This document shows, one piece after another, positions 8,648 to 17,391 of a stretch of DNA of 64,000 nt. The notes under the pieces are model-generated. The model did no database searches and was not told where the DNA came from. It worked only from the letters and a program-made list of their open reading frames with translations. The first letter of the stretch is position 1. Each line of letters opens with the position of its first letter. The translations under genes were made by a program, and so were the position numbers. Origin of the DNA: an uncultured Porphyromonadaceae bacterium (lineage in GTDB: Bacteria; Bacteroidota; Bacteroidia; Bacteroidales; Muribaculaceae); the NCBI GenBank assembly GCA_947175265.1, contig CAMWMD010000003.1, positions 49,804-113,803 on the forward strand, read 5' to 3'.

Positions 8648-11011
8648 ATGAACGCAAACCTATACCTGGCAACATTCGTGGCTATGACGATCGCCACTAC
8701 CGGGGCATCAGCAGAAAACCTCCTTCATTTCCCTATGGAGGCCGCTCCCAACGGATCCATTTCTGAGACAGTCAACAAAGGCTCCATACGCCTCTACGGA
8801 CGCCATACGAATGAAAACGTAGCGGGCGCCGTGGGTAAAGCCGTGCGCTTTGACGGATATTCAACCTACGCACAAGGGAATGTGAAAAACCTCGGCGACC
8901 TTCCGAATGCCACATTCTCCATTTGGGTTGCTCCCGAGACATATCCCGTGATTGAGATTGACGTGCCCACCGATAAGAAAACCACACTCGCCGGCACGCT
9001 CGACGAGGCTGCCCGTCAGGGCTGGGCTTTCTGTCTCGGCTACACGGGAAAATATTCCTTCAAGACATATTCCGGCAATTGGCCGATTGAAGTCGAGGCT
9101 TCCGACCTGCTCCCCTGTTACGAATGGAGCCACATTGTGGCTGTATTCAACGGCACGGACAGGACCTTGACTTTATACCGCAACGGAAAGAAAGTGGGGG
9201 AGGGGAGAGCGATGAATCTCCTCAACTGCGGCTCTTCCAAAATGATGGTGGGAAAGAATCCCGGTCCGGTTGCGGGAGCCTTCGCACTCGATACTTTCAA
9301 TGGCCTTATCGATGACATCGAGGTTATCGGCGAGGCACTCACCGAATCACAGATAGCGGCCTCTCCTGAAAATGAGGCCGACCTCACCATACCCACAGCA
9401 CGTTTCGAGGGTGATCACCTGCGTCCCGTATTCCATGGAATGCCGGGAGCCAACTGGACAAACGAGTCACACGGCCTGACCTACTCCAACGGAAAATACC
9501 ATCTGTTTTTCCAGAAGAACGCCAACGGTCCTTACATGACCCGTCTCCACTGGGGACACCTCTCAAGCGATAACCTCTATGACTGGAATGAGGAGAAGAT
9601 AGCGATAGCCCCGGGGGAGCCTTACGACATAAAGGGTTGCTGGAGCGGCTGCGTCTTCACTGATGATGAACTCACCGGCGGAAAGCCCAACGCCATATAT
9701 ACGGCCGTGGACTATGCCAAGGCGACCATAGCGCAGGCCGCGCCTCTTGATGATGACCTCATAGAATGGAAGAAGGGGAGCGCACCGATAATTGGTGGCC
9801 GTCCTTCGGGATTGTCTGACGATTTCCGCGACCCGTTCTTCTTCCGGAACGGGGATGACGCCTACATCGTGGTGGGAACTTCGAAAGGTAACGTCGGCGC
9901 CGTGACACTTCATCACTATGAGAAGGCCGGGAAACGCTGGAGCAACGACGGAAAGATTTTCTTTGCCGGAACTACGGCCGCTTCCGAAGGGCGTTTCTGG
10001 GAGATGCCCACCGTGACCAAGATGCCGGGAGGGAAATGGCTGGTGACTGTCACCCCGCTTGAGACCTCCTCAGGTGTGCATACCTTATATTGGACAGGCT
10101 CAATCAATGCCGACGGCACTTTCTCACCCGATGCGGCTTCCTCAAGACCTCGCGATTTCGAACTTATGAGCAAGGAGGGCTACGGACTTCTCTCACCGAC
10201 CATCTATGCTAAAGACGGGAAGACCATAGCACTCGGAATAGTGCCCGACAAGGTACCTACCTCCGACAACTGCAATTGGGGTTGGGCACATCTCTATTCA
10301 TTCCCCAGGGAGATAAGCCTCGATTCAGAGGGGAACCTGCTTCAGAAACCTTTCGAGGGTCTGAGAGACCTGCGTTCGGATAAGGCAGACCTGTTCACGG
10401 ATAAGACCATAGACGGAAGTATGGAATTTGTGAATGCCACAGGTCATCAACTCGAACTCTTCGGTAAGTTTAAGGTCGGGAAGGGTACTTTCGGATTTAA
10501 ATTCTTCAAGGGGTCGACAGGAGAGGCAACCGTAAGTTACAACCCCGCCACCAACGAAATCGTGGCAGACTTCTCCTCCCTTCCCCGTCTCGAGAATGAC
10601 AACAACGTGTATAACGGCGTATACCGCAAGACTCTTCCCGTTCGTCCCGCCGAGGGGTCGGAGATGACTCTTGATGTGTTTGTCGACGGTTCTGTTGTTG
10701 ATATCTTCGTAGATGAGAAGTGGGCCACCTCCATCCGAGTCTATCCCAACGACAGGGAGGCTGTAGGGGCAGAGGCATTCAGCAACAACGGGAGCGTCCT
10801 CGCCACTCAGTTGGGGGCATGGCAGTTGAAGTCGGACGGAGCGGCAGGTGTGGATATGATCCCTTTTGCTCCCGGCATGACGAACGACCGCGTTGACGTC
10901 GTGACGCTCGACGGCATGTTCCTTAAGCGCGGAGTAAGCCGCTCGGAGGCTACTGCCGGTCTTGAAAAAGGTATATACCTTGTAGGGGGGCGTAAGGTAA
11001 TCGTAAGATAA
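8648..11011 (+). CDS. LamG-like + glycoside hydrolase family 32-like enzyme with probable T9SS C-terminal sorting domain
   Basis: 787 aa with an SPI-type signal (no lipobox Cys). The N-terminal ~230 aa are concanavalin/LamG-like. GH32 blocks are present: W-T-N-E-S-H-G-LTYSNGKYHLFFQ (non-canonical block A), FRDP and WEMP. The tail VDVVTLDGMFLKRGVSRSEATAGLEKGIYLVGGRKVIVR resembles a T9SS CTD. Confidence 0.8.
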   Translation: MNANLYLATFVAMTIATTGASAENLLHFPMEAAPNGSISETVNKGSIRLYGRHTNENVAGAVGKAVRFDGYSTYAQGNVKNLGDLPNATFSIWVAPETYPVIEIDVPTDKKTTLAGTLDEAARQGWAFCLGYTGKYSFKTYSGNWPIEVEASDLLPCYEWSHIVAVFNGTDRTLTLYRNGKKVGEGRAMNLLNCGSSKMMVGKNPGPVAGAFALDTFNGLIDDIEVIGEALTESQIAASPENEADLTIPTARFEGDHLRPVFHGMPGANWTNESHGLTYSNGKYHLFFQKNANGPYMTRLHWGHLSSDNLYDWNEEKIAIAPGEPYDIKGCWSGCVFTDDELTGGKPNAIYTAVDYAKATIAQAAPLDDDLIEWKKGSAPIIGGRPSGLSDDFRDPFFFRNGDDAYIVVGTSKGNVGAVTLHHYEKAGKRWSNDGKIFFAGTTAASEGRFWEMPTVTKMPGGKWLVTVTPLETSSGVHTLYWTGSINADGTFSPDAASSRPRDFELMSKEGYGLLSPTIYAKDGKTIALGIVPDKVPTSDNCNWGWAHLYSFPREISLDSEGNLLQKPFEGLRDLRSDKADLFTDKTIDGSMEFVNATGHQLELFGKFKVGKGTFGFKFFKGSTGEATVSYNPATNEIVADFSSLPRLENDNNVYNGVYRKTLPVRPAEGSEMTLDVFVDGSVVDIFVDEKWATSIRVYPNDREAVGAEAFSNNGSVLATQLGAWQLKSDGAAGVDMIPFAPGMTNDRVDVVTLDGMFLKRGVSRSEATAGLEKGIYLVGGRKVIVR

Positions 11012-11048
11012 TACCGACGTGCCGTTACGTATTATTTCAAGAAAGCAT

Positions 11049-11087
11049 AAACAGGTAATTTCTATAGGCAAATCAAACAGGTAATTT
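11049..11087 (+). repeat. Two 13-bp direct repeats AAACAGGTAATTT, 26 bp apart, in the 3' region of the GH32-like gene
   Basis: The exact copies lie at 11049..11061 and 11075..11087. Confidence 0.8.
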
Positions 11088-11124
11088 ACAAATAGGTTTA
11101 GTAAGTAAATTTGTACACGTGAGA

Positions 11125-11157
11125 GGGCGACAGATTGTGAAATCGGTCGCCTTTTTA
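11125..11157 (+). terminator. Rho-independent terminator after the GH32-like gene
   Basis: Stem GGGCGAC...GGTCGCC is followed by TTTTT. Confidence 0.7.
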
Positions 11158-11164
11158 TGTATCA

Positions 11165-11172
11165 TAAATTTG
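11165..11172 (+). promoter_or_regulatory. -7 promoter box TAAATTTG upstream of the second hybrid sensor gene
   Basis: This is a perfect TAnnTTTG match just after the terminator at 11125..11157 and 58 nt upstream of the ATG. Confidence 0.6.
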
Positions 11173-11229
11173 GGAAGATAAAAAAATTGTATTATTTTCG
11201 CCACCTAAAATCTTAGAATCTAAAGCCTG

Positions 11230-13974
11230 ATGAAAAAACTAACTTCCATTTTGCAATTGTTGGCTCTATTTATCGTCACCATGCTGCTGGCGGGATGCGA
11301 AGATGGTCACCAAAAAAAATACCGCATCGGGGTCTCGCAGTGCAGTAACGATTACTGGAGGGTGCAGATCAACGAAGACCTCCAGAGGGAACTCCTTCTT
11401 CATGACGATGCTGAGCTTGAGGTGCGTATGGCGGATTCCGACAATGCCCGCCAGATAGCGGATATACGTTATTTCATCGACAATGGATTTGACCTGATAA
11501 TAGTCTCTCCCAACGAATCGGAAGCCCTGTCGCAGGTGATAAAGGAGGCCGACAAGAAGGGAATACCGGTCGTGACGTTTGACCGTATGGTGTCGGGAGA
11601 TGCCTATACCGCACATATAGAGGTGGATAACCGCGCCCTCGGGAAGGCTGTGGCTAAATATGCGCGTTCAATAGTGAGGGAGCCGCTCCGTGCTATAGAG
11701 ATTCAGGGACCCTACGCGGCCTCCCCGGCACGTCTGAGGCATGAGGGGTTTGCCGCCGGTATGGCCGGCATTCCTGAAGCGAAGGTTATGGCGAGCGAGT
11801 ACGGCAACTGGGACGGGGAAATGGCTTACCGGCTGACAGATTCACTCATAAAGATTCATCCGGAGACAAACCTTATCTTCGCCCATACCGACCACATGGC
11901 CATAAGGGCCTCCCAAGCAGCCACCGACAACGGGAGGGGAGACGTGAAGGTAATCGGTATCGACGGTTTCCCGCATATCGGCATACAGGCTGTGAAAGAC
12001 AGTGTGCTTGACGCCACATTCCTCTATTCCACAGAGGGTGACAGGATAATAAGGACCTCGCTCGACATTCTCAACGGCAAGGAGTATCGGCGAATCACCA
12101 GGGTCCCGCCCCTTCCACCTATCGACATCACCAACGCCGACATCATCCTCTCACGCGACACACTCTTGGAGAAGGAGACCGAGAAAATCAACCTCCTTCG
12201 TGGCAGATTGGATGAGTATTGGCAACGGCATTCCATCCAGACATGGCTTCTCTATTCCGTCATCATAATCCTGATACTTGCCGGGGGGGTCGTGGCCCTA
12301 CTCCTGCGCTCCGTCAATGCCAACAGGAAGCACAGGGAGGTTTTGTTGCATAAGAATACCCTTCTCGAGGAGGAGAAGGAGAAACAGAAGGCACTCTATG
12401 ACCAGTTGCAAGAGGCGACGCGCTCGAAACTGATGTTCTTCACTAACGTATCGCATGACCTGCGCACCCCTTTGGCATTGATTTCAGGACCCGTTGAGGA
12501 GTTGGCGAAAGCGGAGGGGTTGAAACCGAGGGAGCAGACCCTTGCGCGTCTCGCACAGAAGAATGTGAGCATCCTTCGCCGTCTCATCAACCAGATACTT
12601 GATTTCAGGAGGTATGAGAACGGGAAGACGGAGTTGCGCCTTACGGAGACCGATTTTCCGAAATTGCTTAGGGAATGGACTTTGACATTCGGGGAAGTAG
12701 CGCGTAGGAGGGATATAAAACTGACGTTCCGTGTCAGCGGCGACGGCCCGGTATCTCTCGCCGTGGATGTCGAGAAAATGGAGAGGGTATTCTTCAACCT
12801 CATGAGCAATGCCTTCAAGCATACGCCCGACAACGGCAAGATTACCGTGACCTATACCGGCGACAGCGAGAAGGTGACGTTCTCCGTCATTGATACGGGT
12901 GAGGGTATATCGGAGGAGGATTGCAGGAGGATATTCGACCGTTTTTTCCAGGTTGACAGCATCTCGCCGAAAGGCTCCGGTATAGGATTGGCATTGACCA
13001 AGGCATTTATCGAACTTCACGGAGGCTCCATAACGGTGGAGAGTAAGTTGGGTGCGGGAAGTGAGTTCAAGGTAACGATACCCGTAGTCCATACCGGCGA
13101 TAAGGTGGAGACACCCTCGGCCACCATCACCTCAGATGCCATAGCCACGGAACTTTCCACGGTAGAGACTGATGATATTCAATTTGAGACAGACAAATCC
13201 CTTGTTCTGGTGATAGATGACAATAAGGATATCCGCGAACTTCTCGGGACTCTTCTCGGGGACTTCTATAATGTGATATATGCGCCCGACGGGTGGCAGG
13301 GTATCAGGATGGCTATGAAATATGTGCCTGACCTGATAATATGCGACGTCATGATGCCCGGAATGGGTGGGATGGAATGTGTGAAGCGCATCAAGGATGA
13401 GGTCTCCACATCCCATATCCCGGTGTTGATGCTGACGGCGTGCTCCCTTGAGGAGCAACAGAAGGAGGGTTTCGAAAGCGGAGCCGACGGGTATCTCTCC
13501 AAGCCTTTCAGCAACGAGGTGCTGATGGCGCAGTGCCGTTCGCTTCTACTGAACAGACGCAGGATAAAGGAATTGTTCGGGAGACCGGAAAAGGGATTGT
13601 CAGCCGGGAAAAACATGGCCGAGCCACGCCACCGTTACCCCGGGGATGTGGAGAGCGAATTCTATCACCGTTTCCTTGATCTTGTGGAGGATCGTCTTTC
13701 CGATTCCTCGCTGAGTGTGGAGGATATTGCGAATGCGATGAGTCTGAGCCAATCCCAACTCACCAGGAAAATCAAGGCCCTGACGAACTATACTCCGGTG
13801 GAGATAATCAGGAGCCGCCGTCTCCGCAAAGCCAAGAAAGACCTTGAGACGACAGAAAAGACAGTGAGCGAAGTGGCCTTCGGGGTAGGATTCACATCGC
13901 TGGCCTACTTCTCGAAGTGCTACAAGGACGCATACGGGGTGACTCCGACGGAGGCAAGGGGGAACAAATCATAA
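11230..13974 (+). CDS. Hybrid two-component system sensor kinase/response regulator with periplasmic sugar-binding (PBP type I) sensor domain and AraC output
   Basis: 914 aa. The N-terminal ~300 aa resemble ribose/sugar-binding proteins (KYRIGVSQCSNDYWRVQINED..., VIGIDGFP). These are followed by a TM segment, H-box FFTNVSHDLRTPL, an ATPase domain, a receiver (VLVIDDNKDIRE...ICDVMMPGMGG) and an AraC HTH. This is the same architecture as B. thetaiotaomicron BT1754. Confidence 0.92.
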   Translation: MKKLTSILQLLALFIVTMLLAGCEDGHQKKYRIGVSQCSNDYWRVQINEDLQRELLLHDDAELEVRMADSDNARQIADIRYFIDNGFDLIIVSPNESEALSQVIKEADKKGIPVVTFDRMVSGDAYTAHIEVDNRALGKAVAKYARSIVREPLRAIEIQGPYAASPARLRHEGFAAGMAGIPEAKVMASEYGNWDGEMAYRLTDSLIKIHPETNLIFAHTDHMAIRASQAATDNGRGDVKVIGIDGFPHIGIQAVKDSVLDATFLYSTEGDRIIRTSLDILNGKEYRRITRVPPLPPIDITNADIILSRDTLLEKETEKINLLRGRLDEYWQRHSIQTWLLYSVIIILILAGGVVALLLRSVNANRKHREVLLHKNTLLEEEKEKQKALYDQLQEATRSKLMFFTNVSHDLRTPLALISGPVEELAKAEGLKPREQTLARLAQKNVSILRRLINQILDFRRYENGKTELRLTETDFPKLLREWTLTFGEVARRRDIKLTFRVSGDGPVSLAVDVEKMERVFFNLMSNAFKHTPDNGKITVTYTGDSEKVTFSVIDTGEGISEEDCRRIFDRFFQVDSISPKGSGIGLALTKAFIELHGGSITVESKLGAGSEFKVTIPVVHTGDKVETPSATITSDAIATELSTVETDDIQFETDKSLVLVIDDNKDIRELLGTLLGDFYNVIYAPDGWQGIRMAMKYVPDLIICDVMMPGMGGMECVKRIKDEVSTSHIPVLMLTACSLEEQQKEGFESGADGYLSKPFSNEVLMAQCRSLLLNRRRIKELFGRPEKGLSAGKNMAEPRHRYPGDVESEFYHRFLDLVEDRLSDSSLSVEDIANAMSLSQSQLTRKIKALTNYTPVEIIRSRRLRKAKKDLETTEKTVSEVAFGVGFTSLAYFSKCYKDAYGVTPTEARGNKS

Positions 13975-14202
13975 AAAATGTTTCATTTTATATAATAAAT
14001 GTGTATTTTTTGATAAATTTTATGAATCTTATAATTCTTATATGATTTATAATTAATAAGATATAAAAATAATATTAAAAAAGGCACTATTGCTTCAGAG
14101 AAGACTTATAAGAAAACCCGCAATGGTTTTAACTAATCGGGAATCATGAAAAAGTGATATTGTAGTCAACAAAAGTTATATGTCAGGGGGATGAATGTGC
14201 TG

Positions 14203-14210
14203 TAATTTTG
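14203..14210 (+). promoter_or_regulatory. -7 promoter box TAATTTTG upstream of susC (pair 2)
   Basis: This is a perfect TAnnTTTG match followed by the same GCGACAGAA(A)TTTTCACCAAA leader as at 2185..2205. Confidence 0.7.
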
Positions 14211-14241
14211 CGACAGAATTTTTCACCAAAACCAATACAGC

Positions 14242-17200
14242 ATGAAAAAATCAATCCTCAGCGCATTGCTACTTATCTTTATGGCAATCGCAGTCCGCGC
14301 ACAGGAAATCACAGTGCACGGCACGGTGATGTCTCGCACAGACGACGAGCCACTGATTGGCGCTACTGTTATGTGTGAAGTCACCAAGAAAGGTACAGCC
14401 ACCGATATCGACGGTAAGTTTGTACTGAATGTCCCCGAGGGTTCCCTCCTTAAAATCTCTTACATTGGCTATATGCCGATAGAGGTGAAGGCAGAACCGG
14501 AAATGACCGTTTATCTTGATGAGGAGAACGGCACTCTTGACGAGGTAGTCGTCGTAGGTTACCAGACGATGAAGAAAGCCGACCTTACAGGTTCCGTGTC
14601 TGTAGTCTCCACGAAATCACTTGAGACCTCGTCAGACAGCGACCCGATGCGCGCCCTTCAGGGACAGGTGCCGGGTATGACCATCACCGCCAACGGTTCT
14701 CCGAGCGGCGTAGGTTCAGTACGTATCCGTGGTATCGGCTCTTTCAACGCATCGCAGGATCCTCTGTTCATCATCGACGGCGTTCCGACGACAGCAACAC
14801 TCAATTCACTTAACGCAAACGACATCGAGAGCATGCAGGTGCTCAAGGACGCAGCTTCGGCCTCAATCTACGGTTCGCGTGCAGCCAACGGCGTAATCAT
14901 CATCACCACAAAGAAAGGTAAGAACACCGGCGACGGTAAGGTCAACGTAAGTTTCTCAGCCAACTTCACAGCGCAGTTCTACAACGGACAGTCGAAGATG
15001 AAACTCCTCAACACCCCCGGTTATGCCACCGCTATGGCACAGGCGGCCCTCAATGACGGTCTTGACCCCGTGGCCTACGCATCAAGCTACGGTATCAACC
15101 TTAACGCCTCCGACGGTTATCCCATCCGAGTTTATGATATAGCAACCGGACAATACCGCAACTATACAGTCAACGGTCAGTATGACGGCTTCATCAATGC
15201 GAAGAAGACCATGCGCATGAGCGATACCGACTGGCTCGACGAAATCTCACGCACAGGTTTCTCACAGCACTATGACGCAGCCGTGTCAAGAGCATCCGAC
15301 AAGGGTACCGTATTCTTCTCACTTGGATACAAGAGAAACGACGGTGTGCTCAAATATACCAACTTCGAGAATATCGCAGGTCGCTTCAACTCGTCATTCC
15401 ATATCGGTCCTTACGTCACGGTAGGAGAGAACTTCACCTTGACCTACACAGACCAGGTGGATTGCCAGCCCCTCGAGAATGCCCTCAAGATGCCATCAAT
15501 CGTTCCGGTGTATGAGATAGACGGCACGACATATGCAGGCCCCGTAGGAAGTATGGCCGACCGCCAGAACCCTCTCCGCGAACTCGCCTTCAACCGTGAC
15601 AACGCTCTTAAGATATGGCGCCTCTTCGGTAATGCCTACATTGACATCAAGCCTATCAAGGGTCTTCTGCTCCGCTCCAACTTCGGTCTTGACTATGATG
15701 CCGCTTTCATCCACAGTTATAACTACACTTTCCACAGCGACATCGTAAACAACGATACGAACTCCACGACACTCTCACAGGCCAACGACTCCAAGTGGAC
15801 ATGGACCAATACCGCCAACTACAACTTCTCGATAAAGGATGACCACGATTTCACGGTGCTCGCCGGTATGGAGCTCTTCCGCCAGAACCGTATAGATTTC
15901 TCAGGTTACAATGAGAATTACGACATCGAGAACCCCAACTACATGTATCCTGACGCTTCATCAGGTATCGAGCGTGCTACAGGTAACAAGTCGGCTTACG
16001 CCCTGGCATCTTTCTTCGGTAAAGTTGACTACAACTGGCGCAACCTTCTTCTCGCCTCCTTCACAATCCGTCATGACGGTTCCTCACGTTTCGGTTCTAA
16101 CCACCGCTACGGTACATTCCCGGCAGCGACCCTCGGCTACCGCATCTCGGAGAACATCAACAAGAAATGGCTTGATGATCTGAAGGTACGTCTCTCTTGG
16201 GGTAAGACCGGTAACCAGGCTATCTCCAACACAGCTCGCTACGCCCTCTATATCGCCGACTACGGCAACGACCGCGTGACCTCCACAGCCTACGACCTCC
16301 TTCTCCAGCAGAGCGGCGTATTCCCCTCAGGTTACTACGCGAGCCAGACAGCCAACCCGAACCTCAAGTGGGAGACCACAATCCAGTATAATGCCGGTAT
16401 CGACTACGGTTTCCTCGGCAACAGACTCACAGGTTCGTTGGACGCATATATAAAGGATGTGAAGGATATGCTCATCACTCCTGCTTATCTCGGCTCAATG
16501 GGTGAAGGTGGCGCATCATGGCTCAACGGTCCCTCACTCAGAAACTGGGGTATGGAATTCCAGGCATCATGGCGCGATGAACTCGCTTGCGGACTCTACT
16601 ACAAGGTAGGTCTCAACTTCGACTTCTTCCGCAACCGCGTGACTTATCTCCCCTCCACCACCACCGGCTCATACGCCCACACCACAACCCAGAACCTCGT
16701 GGAGGCACGTCAGCCTTACGGCTCAATGGTGGGGTACGTGTTCGAAGGTCTTTTCCAGAATGAGGAGGAGGTCCGCAATTACGGTCAGGACAATGCCCGC
16801 GTGGGTGGTATGAAATATGCCGACCTCAACCATGACGGCGTAATCAATGCCGACGACCAGACCTGGATTATGAATCCCGTGCCCGATCTCTCTTTCGGTC
16901 TCAACGTGGAACTCGCCTATAAGAACTTCGATTTCCAGATGTTCTGGCAGGGTGTCCTCGGACAGGATATCTACAACTGGCAGAAATTCCAGAACGACTT
17001 CTGGAGCGTTACAGACGCAGGCAGCAACAAGGGTGTGCGCGTGCTCGACGCATGGCTTCCGAAAGTCAACACCGGATCAAAAATCCCGATGCTCACCACC
17101 AACAACAAGGGAGACGAGGGACGCCAGTCATCCTACTTCGTAGAGAACGGCTCATACGCAAAACTCCGCACACTCCAGGTGGGCTACACGCTCCCCAAAA

Positions 17201-17364
17201 CAGTGCTCGAGCGTCTGCGCCTGAACAAGGCAAGGGTATACGTTTCCGGTCAGAACCTGCTCACAATAAAGAGCTCGTCGCTCACCTGCACCGACCCGGA
17301 GAACCCGAGTTTCGCCTATCCTATCCCGACTTCCGTTTCATTCGGACTTCAGGTTGATTTCTAA
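14242..17364 (+). CDS. SusC/RagA-family TonB-dependent outer-membrane transporter (pair 2)
   Basis: 1040 aa. The first ~120 aa are a very close paralog of the 2216 gene (MKKSILSALLLIFMAIAVRAQEITVHGTV...). It has plug and barrel regions and ends ...LQVDF. A SusD gene follows 27 nt downstream. Confidence 0.95.
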   Translation: MKKSILSALLLIFMAIAVRAQEITVHGTVMSRTDDEPLIGATVMCEVTKKGTATDIDGKFVLNVPEGSLLKISYIGYMPIEVKAEPEMTVYLDEENGTLDEVVVVGYQTMKKADLTGSVSVVSTKSLETSSDSDPMRALQGQVPGMTITANGSPSGVGSVRIRGIGSFNASQDPLFIIDGVPTTATLNSLNANDIESMQVLKDAASASIYGSRAANGVIIITTKKGKNTGDGKVNVSFSANFTAQFYNGQSKMKLLNTPGYATAMAQAALNDGLDPVAYASSYGINLNASDGYPIRVYDIATGQYRNYTVNGQYDGFINAKKTMRMSDTDWLDEISRTGFSQHYDAAVSRASDKGTVFFSLGYKRNDGVLKYTNFENIAGRFNSSFHIGPYVTVGENFTLTYTDQVDCQPLENALKMPSIVPVYEIDGTTYAGPVGSMADRQNPLRELAFNRDNALKIWRLFGNAYIDIKPIKGLLLRSNFGLDYDAAFIHSYNYTFHSDIVNNDTNSTTLSQANDSKWTWTNTANYNFSIKDDHDFTVLAGMELFRQNRIDFSGYNENYDIENPNYMYPDASSGIERATGNKSAYALASFFGKVDYNWRNLLLASFTIRHDGSSRFGSNHRYGTFPAATLGYRISENINKKWLDDLKVRLSWGKTGNQAISNTARYALYIADYGNDRVTSTAYDLLLQQSGVFPSGYYASQTANPNLKWETTIQYNAGIDYGFLGNRLTGSLDAYIKDVKDMLITPAYLGSMGEGGASWLNGPSLRNWGMEFQASWRDELACGLYYKVGLNFDFFRNRVTYLPSTTTGSYAHTTTQNLVEARQPYGSMVGYVFEGLFQNEEEVRNYGQDNARVGGMKYADLNHDGVINADDQTWIMNPVPDLSFGLNVELAYKNFDFQMFWQGVLGQDIYNWQKFQNDFWSVTDAGSNKGVRVLDAWLPKVNTGSKIPMLTTNNKGDEGRQSSYFVENGSYAKLRTLQVGYTLPKTVLERLRLNKARVYVSGQNLLTIKSSSLTCTDPENPSFAYPIPTSVSFGLQVDF

Positions 17365-17391
17365 TCATAACAATAAAAAATCCGAAAAATC

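Noticed and set aside
13975-14100. A very AT-rich ~125-bp stretch after the second hybrid-sensor gene, considered as a possible insertion scar or small RNA gene.
   Set aside because: I found no hairpin or terminator, no conserved box, and no flanking repeats beyond a weak 9-bp CTTATA periodicity (noted under the repeat-array finding). It most likely serves as spacer and upstream promoter DNA for susC pair 2.
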